NCBI GenBank assembly: GCA_011109175.1
Contig: RDEW01000064.1
Span: 74,653 to 138,652, forward strand
Direction of reading: 5' to 3'
Length of the DNA stretch: 64,000 nucleotides
Source: Dicyema japonicum
Lineage: Eukaryota > Animalia > Dicyemida
Positions 25,400-39,200 of the stretch are shown here, one piece after another (the first letter of the stretch is position 1; each line of letters starts with the position of its first letter). The notes beneath the pieces were generated by a model. The model was not told the DNA's origin. It saw only the letters and a program-made list of their open reading frames with translations, and made no database searches. The translations under genes were made by a program, and so were the position numbers.

Positions 25400-26627
25400 T
25401 TTGACACAATTTTTATGGTCTTCTTTTACTTCGTGTGTGAGATACTATAATGATGGCTTTCTGTAAATTCACAAAAAATCTTTTTTTTCAAATCAAAGGT
25501 ATATAATCCAAAATAAGCCTTTTTCTATAATAATGTTTAAAGTTCTTGATTATTCATGCATCCATGGTTGAAGATGTGCAGTTGTGTTTTTTGGAAGGAA
25601 TAGAATTTCAATTTTCAAAAAATTTCGTTAAAACATGGAACATTATTAATCAGTAAAAAGAACTTTTTTTCTGTAACATTTTAATTCATCATTATGATAA
25701 CTGATGAAAATATTAAAAAATTCTGTTGTCATTCAAACTTTTTTATTTACATAGTACAATAATTTTTCAAAGTCAAAATCTTTTAAAAATGGGTATTTTA
25801 TTATGGACAAAAAGGATTAATTTTTAATGTTCTAGATTCATTATAGCTATAATAATTTTTATCTTTGATTGATTTATGCCATTTCTATCTTTAGATGAAA
25901 TTGTTTAAAAGGGTAAGATTGAAAAAAGAGTCTAGTTTCATCCATTTTTACCAATACGTCATGGTCAACTTTTTTTAACTGATCATATTTGTCTATTCAA
26001 ATTAATTTTATCTTGTGCAAAATGTTATCTCCTCCATGAAGAACTTTTAGTTTAAGATTAAATCTTGTTTTAAATCTGTGTAGCCCTTACTAACTTCAAA
26101 ATCATTGATTCCAAGTTTTTCACCAAATACTTAGATTATGAAATGATGATATCTTCAGTTATAAAACCATTAATTTTATCCATTTAACAAGTGAATTATC
26201 AAGTCGATGATGTTTATACCACTTGGCTGTCTGACTTGTTAATCGGAGTTTCACAGTTTTCCAACTTTCACGGTTTTTTAGAATTTCTGAAAGTGTAAAA
26301 ATTCGCAAAAAAGGGTTCATTTTTATTTCACAGATATGGGATAATTCTCTGAGAGTCATGTTTGATGTATTTTTTATATTAAAAATATTAATTTTTTCTA
26401 ACATTTGATACTGTTGGATTTTAATTTAAATTCATCGGAATCTATGATAAAAACAAAATAAATTAATCCGAAATTTTTAATAAATGTCTTTCGGATTGCG
26501 GATTTTGAAGTTTCGGTTTATTGAAGCTTGTTTGTAAGAAACTTTGTAAAATTTTGAAAACTCATCAAAAAATTCGGATTATTGAAGTTTTCTGATTATT
26601 GAAGTTCGGATTAATGAGGGTTTACTG
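25400..26627 (-). mobile_element. Tigger/pogo (Tc1-mariner superfamily) transposon relic
   Basis: Decayed LHRFKTRFNLKLKVLHG...VKMDETRLFF motif; terminal TA|CAGTAAACCCTCATTAATCCGAAC with AATCCGAA subrepeats at 26460-26629. Confidence 0.7.
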
Positions 26628-27004
26628 TAATTGAAAAAAAAGAAGGGTGCCAGGAAATGTTTTTGTAACTTTTTTATTGTGTGCGAGTCCTTTGCAGAGG
26701 ATCCGGTTCCGCAGTGAAACATTCACTAATGACGGCGTCATTGATCAAGGAAAACAAACATGAGAAGGTTCCCAGAGTTAAAAAAAGTATAGCTGTAAGG
26801 GAAGTCAATTACCAAAATATAAAAAAACACACATACACGAATTCCCATAAAAATCGATAGTTATAAACGGTGACATAAGAACATCGGAGATAGCTTTCAC
26901 GTGAATCGACAATCACCTGTATCACTAATCACAGGGTCCACCCGTTTATTTTAAAAATAACAAAAACAGAAAACAAAAAAGTACAATATATGTGTTTAAA
27001 CAGA

Positions 27005-28733
27005 AACAAAACACAAATGTATATGGCAGCTCGTTTACTACGCCACACAAACCGGAAGGAACGAATAATCATCAAAGACAAAAATGGCAAGACATAACTG
27101 AATACTGAAGAGCAAGCGGAGGTAAGTACAACACATTTTGAGAAACTTTTTAATGTGGCTACAGCAATCCCCCTATTCAAAGGAAAGCCTATACCTTTAA
27201 AAGAACCAATTTCAATTTTGGAAGTAAAAACAGCATTTCAAAAAGTAAAAAATAACAGAAGCCCTGAACCAGATACGATAAACCCAGAATTACTGAAATA
27301 CAGGCTTGACCCCCTTTTTGAAAAAATCGCTACAATACTAAATGAAATGTTTTCAACTAACTCAACCTTGCCCCTGGGAACGGGATTACTAATACCTATA
27401 CAAAAACCCAATAAACCCAAAGGACCAGTTGAAAACTTACGACCTATTATATTATCAAATTCTCTACGGAAAGTCTTAGCTAACATTGTATTGGAACGAA
27501 TAAAAGGACCCGTCTATGAATACCTACCCGAAAGTCAAAGTGGGTTCAGAGAAGGACGATCAACAGCTGATGCAGTCTGGACTCACAGATGGAGATATGC
27601 AACACATCAAAGATATTGCAATGCCATCCACATTCTGGGAATAGATCTATCAAAAGCCTTTGACTCGGTTAACAGGATAAAATTGATGACAGTGCTGGAA
27701 GGGTTTATTGACGAATCGAGTCTAAGAATGATTCAAATCCTTCTATCTAACACAGAGCTCCTTGTGAGAGTTGGAAAAACCTACTCAAGAAAATTTGAAA
27801 CAAACACAGCCACTCCTCAAGGAGACCCCCTCTCTCCCCTACTATTCACAATATACTTGAAGGCCGCTATGAGAGAACTGAGATCATTATATCAAGGAAA
27901 AATAAAAGAAGTGATTTATGCTGATGATGTCGACCTAATCTCTGAAGACAAAGAACTCCTGGAGCATGTACTAGAAAAAGCTCCAGATATACTTGGGAAA
28001 TGGTTTCTCACCATGAACAAGTAAAAAAAACAGAACGGATAGAAATAAGGCGAATGAATAAGTCACTCGAAGAGAAATAAAGACACACAAAGAAACTTGG
28101 CTCACTACTAGGAGATAGCGAAGACATCATACGGAGAAAAACATTGACAAATGAGGCATTGCAAAGGTTTAAGAATCTTTGGCTAAAACGGAAAGAATAT
28201 AACATAAAACAAAGGATAATGTTATTCGACACTTTCATCAAACCAATTCTACTATACAACTCTGGGACCTGGGCCACCTCTAAAGAGGAATTGAAGAGGC
28301 TAGACTCATTTCACAGGAATCATCTAAGAAACATAACTGGAATGTCCTGGCCATCCAAAATATCGCGGAATGGACTGTACAATATGTGTGACTGTATACC
28401 ATTAAGCCACAAGATCATTAGCTCTCGTTTGAGACTTTTTGGAGACATCCTGAAGTTGGACCCGATATCCCCTCCGAATATAGCAATGGAAGATTACTCC
28501 TCCTCCAATGTAAAACGCTTTCGTGGAAGACCGAGAACTACCCTCCCGGTCGTTCTACAAATTGATCTGAAATCCGTAAAGAAAACATTGGCATCTGGTG
28601 ACGATCTGGACTCACTGAGGGACCTAGCAAAAAACAGAAGAGCTTGGAGCAACCTAACTAATTCTCTTATATTTTTTGCTTCACATACGGGGCTATAAAT
28701 ATTATGGCTCTCGTGAAAGTGCTAATAATAATA
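27005..28733 (+). mobile_element. RTE-clade LINE family 2, 5'-truncated
   Basis: ORFs 27155-28024 and 28144-28698 carry NLRPIIL, DLSKAFDS, PQGDPLSP, YADD and RGRPRTT; ends GGCTCTCGTGAAAGTGC(TAA)n. Confidence 0.93.
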
Positions 28734-28734
28734 G

Positions 28735-29330
28735 AAGTGTTTGTCATTTGTATTTTTTACCTACTTCTTTGTTCACTTTGTGAACTTTCAATTGCAGAGG
28801 ATTAAACGACCTCAAAAGAAGCACCAACTGGTATGCGACATAACCACAAAAGAGGATAGAACTAAATACCAGGTTTAGTATATACAAAGCTTTTTTCATC
28901 CCGGTACTGACCTACAACTCTGGGATTTGGGGAATCTCTAAACGGGAAATGGACCGTCTTGACTCTTTTCACTGAGCTCAGCTCAAAAATCAAGAATAAC
29001 TGGCCTATGAACATTTCTGATGCAAACCTTTATAATAAATGCAAATACGGCGTGCTGTCAGATGATATTTTCACGTTAAATGACCAGGTCCTATCAAATT
29101 TCGCAATGGTCAACTACTTCGCACACACAGGAGTCGGATTTCGCGGAAGACCAAAACAACACTTCCGACTATCTTGAACGAAGACCCATCGGCCGATGGT
29201 ATGAGACTAACTTCGGCACGATCTGGACTACCTAAGAGAACTAGTGCGCAACAGAGGATCATGGTCGAGGTTGACGGAAGGATGATTAGGAATACCGCAC
29301 AAGGGAAATTTAACTAATTTATGTTTTCTG
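28735..29330 (+). mobile_element. Internally deleted, decayed RTE copy
   Basis: Endonuclease start (TFNCRGL) is followed within about 100 bp by post-RT sequence (LTYNSGIWG, FRGRPK) and the same 3' end as 31070-31180. Confidence 0.7.
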
Positions 29331-29344
29331 TGTCCATCAACAAC

Positions 29345-29645
29345 TGTAGAATTCCTGTACTATGGAAAATACAAAATAATCCCAACCCTGAAGCCCAATA
29401 AAGATCTTTCAGATCCAGGATCTTTAAGACCGATTTCACTATTATCTGTAGTGTCAAAAATTGTTAAACGTGTTGTATTAAAACAATATCGGAGTATCTT
29501 CCCCTCCCAGATTCTCAATATTGTTTTCGTCCGCAATATTCGAAATAACAAATCTCTATACCCTGACTCAGTAAATCGCATTGGGTTAATTACAATCCCC
29601 CTATCCTTGAATCGATTGACCTAACCAAGGCGTTTGAATCGCTGA
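29345..29645 (+). mobile_element. LINE RT fragment
   Basis: WKIQ..IPTLKPNKDLSDPGSLRPISLLSVVSKIVKRVVL and IDLTKAFES. Confidence 0.65.
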
Positions 29646-29892
29646 CTTGTATAGTATTGTAACCCTAATGGTCGTTTGGCATCGTGGAATGGAGGTTATA
29701 CTAATACTCGGTGAAAGATGGTAAAAATTCTTTTTGCAAAAATGAAGTAGTATGAATGTTCTCATCGGTAATGATATAAGTTTGGGTCAACAATGTATTT
29801 GTTGGTCATTAGTGAAGCATTCTACAATATAAGTGGAGTGTACATAGTATGTCAAGTCTGGCATTTCATGCTCATTCAACTTGAATGCAAAT

Positions 29893-30199
29893 CCGGGCTT
29901 AAGTGGCTTAGGCTACGTGTTCGAATCTCGCTGCTGTTCACCTGGTGGAAGGTTCCACGCATCTACAATGCAGAAATGTTTTGACGAGTGACGCCGTCAT
30001 CAGTGAATACTCACTGCGGAACTGGATTTGTCTAGAAAGGACACTCACACAAGAAAAAGAAAAAAAGAAGTGAAGATCATTCCTTGGTTCTACGATTAGT
30101 TAAAATTAACTGTTTTTTACTTAAATAAAGTGTGTGTCCTGCCTATGCGGAGCTATAAAATACTATGGCTCTCGTGAAAAGGCTTTATTATTATTATTA
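29893..30199 (+). mobile_element. tRNA-derived SINE family A copy
   Basis: Highly similar to 42145-42438; B box GTTCGAATC; (TTA)n tail. Confidence 0.85.
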
Positions 30200-30729
30200 C
30201 TAAGCAGACTAATTTACTTATAAAAAATCCATTTGTTTGAAATAAATGTTGAACTTTTCAATGAATTGTCTGGATGATAAATATTTGGATATTCGGACTT
30301 TATTTCTCTCAGGTACAACCTTAAGAAGTCAATTCACACAAGAATTCAGTTCAATGCTAAATTTTGGTCGCATGGTACCAGTTCTTTTTACGATATCTGC
30401 CTCGAAATACTCCCTTCGAGTAATTCTTGTACTATTCGAGACAGCCACTTTGAATTATCATAGTTATATTGCCACATTATTCCAAAACTTTCCATTTGAA
30501 TCATTTCTTTCGAAAAAATGTTTATATTTTCTCCCTTTAAGTTTTTATTTTTACAGGTTTTCCATTAATTTAGTTAAAATTAAATGTCACCGTCCGTTGG
30601 AGGAATCCTCCGTTGAAGGAATATATAGCTTATTTCCAAAATAATTACACAAAAATAAATAAGGGAAATATATTAGATTTGTTATAAAAAACTAAAAAAT
30701 ATTCTATTTTAAAAAATAATTAATCACAC

Positions 30730-31202
30730 TTGTTGGTTGAGGTGATGACGACGCCTCTATTGCACTATGTCTTATTTGTTTTCCTCACAGACTTCTCCGT
30801 TCACTCTGTGATCTTTCAATTGCAGAGGACTTAAACAATTTTACTAGAAACACCAACTGGTATGCGATCTAACCAAATATGATTTCTCTGTCTGCTGTCT
30901 ACAAGAGACAAAAACGACCTACAATGTACAGAACTGTTTGGAAAATTCCACCTTTTTATTCTCCCATCGGCCTGCCGACATATGGTCTCGGAGTTGTAGT
31001 CCATCAGGACCTGATTTACTACGTTACAAGGGTGTGGAGAGCATCTGATATAATAATGGAAATTGCGGACGACCTGGACTACCTAAGAGAACTAGTGCGC
31101 AACAGAAGATCATGGTCGAAGCTGACGGAGAGGATGATTTGGAATACGGCACAAGGTAAACTTAACTAATTTTATGTTTTCTCGGGAGTGCTTTTTAATA
31201 AT
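30730..31202 (+). mobile_element. Mini-RTE (about 470 bp): 5' end plus 3' end, with most of the endonuclease and all of the RT missing
   Basis: 15-bp TSD AATAATTAATCACAC (30715-30729, 31203-31217); SFNCRGL...CLQETK is joined to ADDLDYLRELVRNRRSW...AQGKLN*. Confidence 0.85.
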
Positions 31203-31245
31203 AATAATTAATCACACGAGATAAATCATTCTTATGGGTTTCTAT

Positions 31246-31482
31246 GCTTGCAGGAACCCCCAAGAGGTGGGGAGAAGTTATTGGCTCTTTCGTTTCTTTC
31301 TGGAATGGGTGTCACCTTATCGGGTGAGCCACAAGACCACGTTAACCATGTCTTTTATTAAACACGAACAATGGAAACGCACAGGCTTAGGATGGCACGT
31401 TTGGTTGCGGGAACAGGGATCATCTTACTAGTTGTCTTTACTTTTGATTTTCTTTCTCGGTAATCGCGGGGTTAATAAATAA
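31246..31482 (+). mobile_element. Short retroposon (237 bp) with an I/Jockey-group-like 3' tail
   Basis: 12-bp TSD ATGGGTTTCTAT (31234-31245, 31483-31494); tail CGGGGTTAATAAATAA; 5' part repeated at about 60117-60200. Confidence 0.75.
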
Positions 31483-31810
31483 ATGGGTTTCTATAAACTG
31501 ACAACACAAGAACTTAACAAAATTAAGATATTTCAGTCACAAGATGTATTTCCAATTATGCCAAAATAGAATAAAAATCAGATTTGGCTAAAAAAATGGC
31601 TAAAAAAATATTATGCCTAAAAAAGAATGAAAATCAGATTTTTGGCAAAAATGCTAACATTTGAGGATGAAAATTGTTATTTCATCTCATATAATGTAAA
31701 AATCCGAATTTTTTTACAATCCAAGAGAGAACTGAAAATGACCGAGGTAGTATTTTTTATAATAATAGTATGAACAGCAATTAATCCATTTCGGACTCGA
31801 TCGACTATAC

Positions 31811-32960
31811 CAGGGGTGTCAAATTCATTTCGCTTCAAGGGCCGCATTTATTTTTCATCAAGGGAAGATTAGACCTGATTTACAAGATTAGTCCTGATGT
31901 ATTATTTTTTAAGAATATAGTTATTTATTTTTAATGAAAAACCAAAAATAAGAAAAAATTATTTAATTATCACCCTTTAATTTTGGTGTGAGCTAATTCC
32001 AGAGGATTGACATTTTTTTTGATATGTCGGCCTCAGCTATTCGATTTTTATTAAAGCAAATAAATTTTCATAAGTGAGTCTTGTTCTTTGAGCAGTTTTT
32101 GTCAATTTTATAAATGAAAAAAGATTTTCACAGACATATGTCGAACTTAACATAGAAATGATTTTTGTTGCAAAATTTTTAGTTTAAACTTTTTAGGAAG
32201 ATATGAATGAGCAGTTTTTGTCAATTTTATAAATGAAAAAAGATTTTCACAGACATATGTCGAATTAAACTTAGAAATGATTTTTGTCGCAAAATTTTTA
32301 GTTTAAACTTTTCAGGAAGATATGAAAAGAAAGCAGTATCTAATTTCCGAATATTTAACTTTAAGTATAGAATCTGATTGGATTTACAATACTTCCATTT
32401 GTAAGCTTTCATCTGCATTGGAAACATTAAAAGAAAATGGTGCTCTGACTGATGAAAACTTTTGTTCAAAAGACTAGAAATCATTAAATCTTTCTTGAAA
32501 CTCCTTCAACAGCCATTCTAGTTGTCTTTACACTTGAGAAAAATCATTACAGAATGTTCACAACAGTACTCCTGATCTCTTTGAACGTAGGAAAATAGAC
32601 TAAATCTTAATTTAATAGCTGAGAATTAAAACACTTGATGTCACCTCCAAATGAGTTATGAGCTTGTCTTTGTCCATTCCAAATAAAGGTCGTTCATATG
32701 TGACGTAATATCCACAAACTTTAATTGGTGTTTCAAATACATTTCATTAATGTGTCGGCAACAGTGTTTCTGGTTAATTAAATATCTCTAAACAAGTGGT
32801 CTGGACAAATAATTTTTTGCTGATTTTTACATAACATTGCTTGATGAACTCACCATCGCAATATGATTTTCCATTCATTGCACGCATTCTGCTGATTTCA
32901 TAGCTTGCAGTATTTCGTTTATGATTTTCATAAATGCGTCTGTAAAGCGTCCAAAAGGAT
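31811..32960 (-). mobile_element. hAT (SPIN/GTF2IRD2-like) transposon relic
   Basis: ASYEISRM...GKSYCDGEFIKQC motif; Charlie-type end CAGGGGTGTCAAA...AGGGCCGCAT at 31811. Confidence 0.72.
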
Positions 32961-33149
32961 CTAATTATTCTACAGTGAGACAATTTCGTTTCCTGGCAAC
33001 GAGTTCTAGAATCGACCTCAGGTCCCCGAACATTCCTCTGAATCATTGTTATTGTGTAAAGGTTCTTATGAACTGATCAGGATCAAATAATTAGTTCGTT
33101 TGGTTTTACCCTTGGTCTTCAACTGTACTAACTTTATTAGCAAGGAAAA

Positions 33150-34330
33150 TTTAAGAGGGAGTCAGTTGGCCTCATGCCGCAAGTCTTGCAAATTCTAGCA
33201 CTCTTCTCTGCGCTCTCAGACCCCTCTTATCATTTATTCTGTGCTGCAACATACGACTAATGATGGCATCTTTTTTTAGGAAGTTTTGCTTCCTTTTCTC
33301 TGCTGCATCTCTAATTGACATTACTAGCAAATTTTCATCTTCATATAGCTTCTCGTTGAGTCTTTAGTGTAAGGCAATCTTGATCCTGCTCTCATCTTTT
33401 TTTCAAGAAGCAAGATAAAAAGCTCTTTGTATGCAGTGTAATACCATCCTTCCATTCCATAAAGGAAGTAGCACGTCGTCTCCGTATATCAGAGATTTTG
33501 TACTTGGTGTAGTCTGGGACGGGTAGCCGGCCACTAGAACGTTAATTAATAGAGGGCTCAAAATTGATCCTTGTGGTACTCCTCTCTTGAATAACATCAT
33601 ATTTGAAAATTAGCGTCCGCATCTAACATAGGATTTTCTTCCTACTTTTACCAAATTCACGAGTTCCTTTGGGTTTCCTGTCCGAAATAATTGATCGATT
33701 ATGGCTCTGTGCTTAACACTGTCAAATGCTTTTGATATGTCGAGACATATGACATTCAGGAAACATTTGGATTCTCTGGCTTTCATAACTTGGAGTTGAG
33801 ATGATATAACCAATCACCGGCTGACCGTCCTGGGCGAAAACCAAATTGATCATTTCTGAAGTAGTCTTTTTTTCAGCTGATTTGTAAGCCTCCAGAAAAC
33901 AATTTTTTCTATAATTTTCGAAATTGACCGAATCAGTTTGATAGGGCAATAATTGAAGTATCATTCTTCGATCTTTTTGTCTTACCTACCATCCGTACAT
34001 TAATCTTCTTCAATCGTGTGGAGCATGACCAATTTTTATGCATGCGTTTAACAAATCTTTGAGAACAGATTAAAATTTCCTGGTCTTCTTTGAACATCCT
34101 ATCTTTGATGAAATCACTGCCCGGAGGTTTTTTCTATACAGCTCTTATTGCTATCTTCATCTCTTCTAGAGAGATATCTATATTGCTGTTAGTCTCCAAG
34201 ATTCTTTAGGGGGATCATTGGGATCTTATCCGGTCCGTTAGAACAGGTTTTTTAATGGCTTCAATGGTGATTTTAGTTTCTTTATACCGCAATATTTCCA
34301 CTTTTTGAACAATTAAATGTCTGGTGTAGC
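33150..34330 (-). mobile_element. Decayed LINE reverse transcriptase
   Basis: CLDISKAFDSVKH, GVPQGSILSPLL and IYGDD in successive frames. Confidence 0.8.
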
Positions 34331-34929
34331 CTCCAACAAAAACATTCCGACCTATGCTTGCTTTAAATTATTCAAATTTTTAAAAATATTTAAAAAAATA
34401 GGAAAAATCAAATAAAATGACAAATTTAAGAGTGGCATATTTGAGAGTTTACTGTATTATAAATTTCACGTAAATTTAATCCGTCGTATTCAAAAGACGT
34501 TGGAGAGTATGTTTGGTTGAGTTAAATACGAAGTATCCACTATCGAGAACGTTTTTGCAGTAACCAATCACTTGGTTGAACTAAAAACTCAGTTGAGAAC
34601 GGTGGCGAAGAGAAAACATAGAATTATCGGATTTCAGCTCCCCCAAGAAGAGAAAGGTCAAAGTAGAAAAAGCGAGTAATAATGATAATTTAATTGGGTC
34701 GATTGTATATTAAAAAAATCTGCGAGCGATACCTTTTTTATAATCAGAATAAAATATCCTCAGTACTAAATAATCCATGCTCTTTATCAGTATTTGCGAA
34801 AACTAAATTCGGGACTAACTGAGTATTCCCGATGCTATGAACCAATTAATTTATACTAAAAAAATAGCAACTGATAAATAATCAGTAAAACACCAAATAA
34901 ACCCATATTTAGAAAATAAAACTAAGTGT

Positions 34930-35630
34930 AACATCGATCGTATGATTTCACGTTTGTTAGAAGCTTAAACTTTGGATAACAAATTTCTTAAGTGGACGAA
35001 AAGGACGTGTATGCCTCGGAAGACTAAAATCAGTCTTCGTCTTCTCCCAAACGGTGTCTCCCCAAGGATCTCTTTTATCCCTTGCCTTATTTATTTTATA
35101 TCTGGCAGACCTCCCGACACCGGAATCCAATAACGATGTTCTACTCATATATGCGGACGACACTGTTTTGGCCTCGCGTGATCGGGATATCCAAAATGCT
35201 ACAGATAGATTACAAATTAACCTGGACCGACTCAACGCCTGGGTAATGAAGAACGACTCACAATGAATTCCAGAAAGTCGCTCACGTCTATGTCTACTTC
35301 GGACAAAAGGTTGGGGAAGATGACTGTCAAGTTAAAATTGGACAACATTGAAATCCCCTTCAACAAATGCCAGAAGATCCTGGGCGTGACACTGGATACA
35401 CACTTATGTTTGTCACCACACATGTTAAACATTGTTCTAAAGTGCGAGAAGAGGATCAATGTATTAAAATGTTTATTGGGGATATGGAAGACAGGTCTTG
35501 ATGAACATTTACAAGCAATACATCGAACCATGATTCTCGTACACGTGTGCTTCGTTGGGACCTTCATTATCATGGACAGACATTAAGAAAATTGAGGACG
35601 TTCAAAAGAAGGCTTTCAGAATGAGATCCA
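34930..35630 (+). mobile_element. Decayed LINE reverse transcriptase (C-terminal half)
   Basis: LKLWITNFLSGR, PQGSLLSLALFILYLADLP, YADD, KILGVTLD. Confidence 0.82.
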
Positions 35631-36226
35631 ATAAACATGATAATTTTATTCTATCAGAGATGATTAATTTAATTTATGTGAGCGATGAAGTGACAAATTT
35701 ATAAAAAATAACTTTATTAAAGAAATTTTATTTTTTTAAGAAAATGAATTCTAAAGACAACAGTAACACTAAATAAACTAATCAAGTGATCCTAGCAGGT
35801 CCAAAATAGACTTCAGCTTGGATCCTCCCTCATGTCTACGCAAGTCTACGAATAACTGGTTCCTTGTAGTCTCAACGACACGTTCCTCGGTTCTTACTTA
35901 TTAAGGTTTTGAGAGCCATTGGAGACTGCGAATTTCTATAAGTTCATCTATTCGTAATTTTGGAAGTCATTTTTTTGCAAGCCTCGATTTTCATGGAATT
36001 TGTCCAAGAGCTAGACGGGCCTATGAAGCATACCATATGAAATGAATGGTTTGACGTAATGCTCGTATAATGTTTTCGACTCGACGTGAGTAACGCGTGC
36101 GCATTTTGAATGTGACTCACAGAAATTTACCGGTGTTGCCAAATGGGATTTATGGTTTTCTAATATGAAGAATATCAACGACAAGTTTTTGGAAAGAAAA
36201 TCCAGAAAAGAAAATTTCTAAACTTT

Positions 36227-39200
36227 ATGAGAACCTTATTCTTCCCAATACCTTTACTATTCAAAAAACCAAGGAAAAAGGATTGATATGTTATGGATAT
36301 AAGAAATCTGAGAAAGGCGAGCTAACATAGGTTTTTATTATTATCAAGCACAGAATCAAGATATTGAGAAAATAATCATTTTATGAAGAAAAGAATGCAC
36401 TCAGGAATGATAATTGTGCTTTTAAGAAAATTGTGGAGAGTCTATTCTAACCCTACCAATGAGGACCAGAGAACTGAGTTTGGATTTGAAAATGACAAAT
36501 ACCTCTTGATTTAGTTGACGGTGTGGGAATGGATAAAATTTAAAGTCGCTCAATATCATTGGAAGGCAGATTACTAAAGTAGAATACTCTCTCTTAATAA
36601 ACCAAAATGGAAAAGTTTGTTCAACAGTTTAATTTATGTAAAGAAAGGGTATGATCGGTGGACCATATCTTTCTCTATAATGTTTATACTGTTCTAGCCT
36701 CAACGTGGATTGGGGGGTTTTAAATAGACAAATTAGCTAATGGAAAGTTATTCTAAATTTGAACGGGGACAGCTTGTTCCAATTTCTTATAAAATTGAAT
36801 GTATGTTGTATCAGTTCATGACTTATTTGAAACGAAAGATTAACATTTGTCTCAGAAAGAATGGAATCCTGTGGTTCCTTGAATCTAGAAAAACACACAT
36901 TGGCACAATCGATAGACCGTTGCGGCTTTTTCATTGGAGGAAACGTGGTCTTCTGCGAATGGATGGGAAAAGTGCCTTTGATTTGCTATAGCTGCCAACA
37001 AATTGGACACTTTGCATACAAATGTAATGAGAAGAAGAATTGTATACGATGTAGGACGTTCAAAAGAACTTCAAAAGAAGGCTTTCAGAATGACGGAGCT
37101 GTGGTCTTGTGGGAGACACAGAACTGGACCGACTACTCTGGAGGCTCTCATTAAACAAAACTCCGGCATGCGGGAAGGTGGCCCTGCAAATACAGTCAGC
37201 CGCCCTGTACGAGCTTGTGTGGGTACGAGGAGGAGCATCGAAAAAGAATAAGGATTTTGGCGGAGCGCATCAGGATCACGTGATAGTTAGTTTTGGTTTT
37301 ACCGTGGTCTTGGGTGTTAAATAAAAAAATAAATAAAGCATAGCAACTTTTCTCGTCCTACGGGAACTGCAATTGTTAAATCTTTCACGGAGGAAGACAA
37401 GAGCTAAATCCGCAATCAGAATTCCTATAACGATGACAAACCCAGAACCCATAACCAAGAAGGATGAGCCTGTTTGTGAATGCGATACGAAATCGACCGA
37501 CACCTCTAGGAGTCACTCAGACAACCTGGCTGTATACATCTCAGTCTACTTTACTATGAGTTCGATTAAGATCGCTAACGTATTGTCCACTTACGACAAA
37601 TCAAGTTAATGAGCGACAAAGGCTCGTGCACTTTCCATTTCGGATTCTGCAGCAACTCTAACAAGATGGCTTTTTATAGAGGCCGTGAACGATACTTGTC
37701 CTTCGGACCGGACAATCACCGGTTCAGAGTGATAACCTCGAGGCCATCAGAAATTGTAGTAAAACCTACACATTTGGATTTTAAAAAGCGATTTTCTGGA
37801 CTACCTACAAGCGATGGTTTCATCAACTACAAAGTCTTGAATGTTAAGAGGAGAACATACATTGCCAATGGTCAAGGCGTCAGTCGGAAACAAATTAGAG
37901 GCCACATCAATAGACAGTTGAGGCTTTTTCATTGGAAGAAACGTGGTCACTTACGAATGGATGCGAAGAGTGCCTTTGATTTGCTATAGCTGCCAACAAA
38001 TCGGACACTTTGCATACAAATGCAATGAGAGGAAGAAGTTTTTCCGATGTCCAGGGGAAAACGATATTTTTGAACCAACATAGATCCGAGATCGAAAACA
38101 AACTGTGTCAACTGTTTCTAAACACGTGGCATATATGGAGGATGCCCAGTGATATTAGAAGCTAAACGAAAATTTGATACTTGCAACAATTAAATGGAAT
38201 CAAGAAAGAAGGAAAAGACCAAAGTTGAATGCAACAGGGAAACATCACATAAAGTGAACACGGCCTCAGAGCCAAAGATACCGACTGAGAGAAATATAAG
38301 AACTCTCGTCTCCGGCTTTGCATGCACGAGAATCGGTCTTGCATACCCGAAGTAGCATGCCTGAAAAAATAATTAAAGAAATAGAAGATATAATTTCAAG
38401 ACTAAAGGAACTCATTAAATTTTTGGAGTGCATTTAAATAAGATGGCGGACCGGGCGAAAGAGAGCCTTGGCCACCTAATAAAACAATTGGGAAGAGGTC
38501 CTAAGATATTGTTGGTGATTTCCAAATCTCTAAAAAAAAGCATCCGTATCTAATACTACTTATGACATCCTCCAGGATTGACTTCTTGGTAGTCAACGAG
38601 ACCAAGATAAAAAAGACCAATACTACTACAAAGTAGAAATATAACTCGATAGAAATGCCACTGCTGGTACGGGAAGCTCCCTCTTCTCCGTGATGACTTA
38701 CTGGTACGGAACTCGAAAATCGTCTAGCTTCATAATACGAATTAGTGTTATTGTATTACGTTGATGCGGTTCGTGGATAAATATCGGGGGTCTGAATCGA
38801 AGGATATAAAAAAACTCTATACTGGTGTGCGACCTAAATGCCAAGAACGTGAGTTACGGATACTACGAAACCAATGGTGACGGACGAAAACTGAAAATCT
38901 TTGCAGAGAAGCTGGCCTATAGGTCGAGACATCAGATGAGCCTATCCAACTATCTCACCATGATGAGAAATGCTTGGTTCGTACTTTATGTCACCGCTAT
39001 TGTACACCAAAGTGAAAAAACCAAGAATTATGCCGGATATAGATAGTGACTATATACCACAAGAGGTGGTCTAAACCTAGTACCAGATGTCATCGAAGAT
39101 ATTTTTATAAAATACGACATATCACATATCGACTTGGAACACTACCGAAATCATCTTACAAAAACCTTCAAACGTGGACGAAGTATCCCAAATTAAATTA

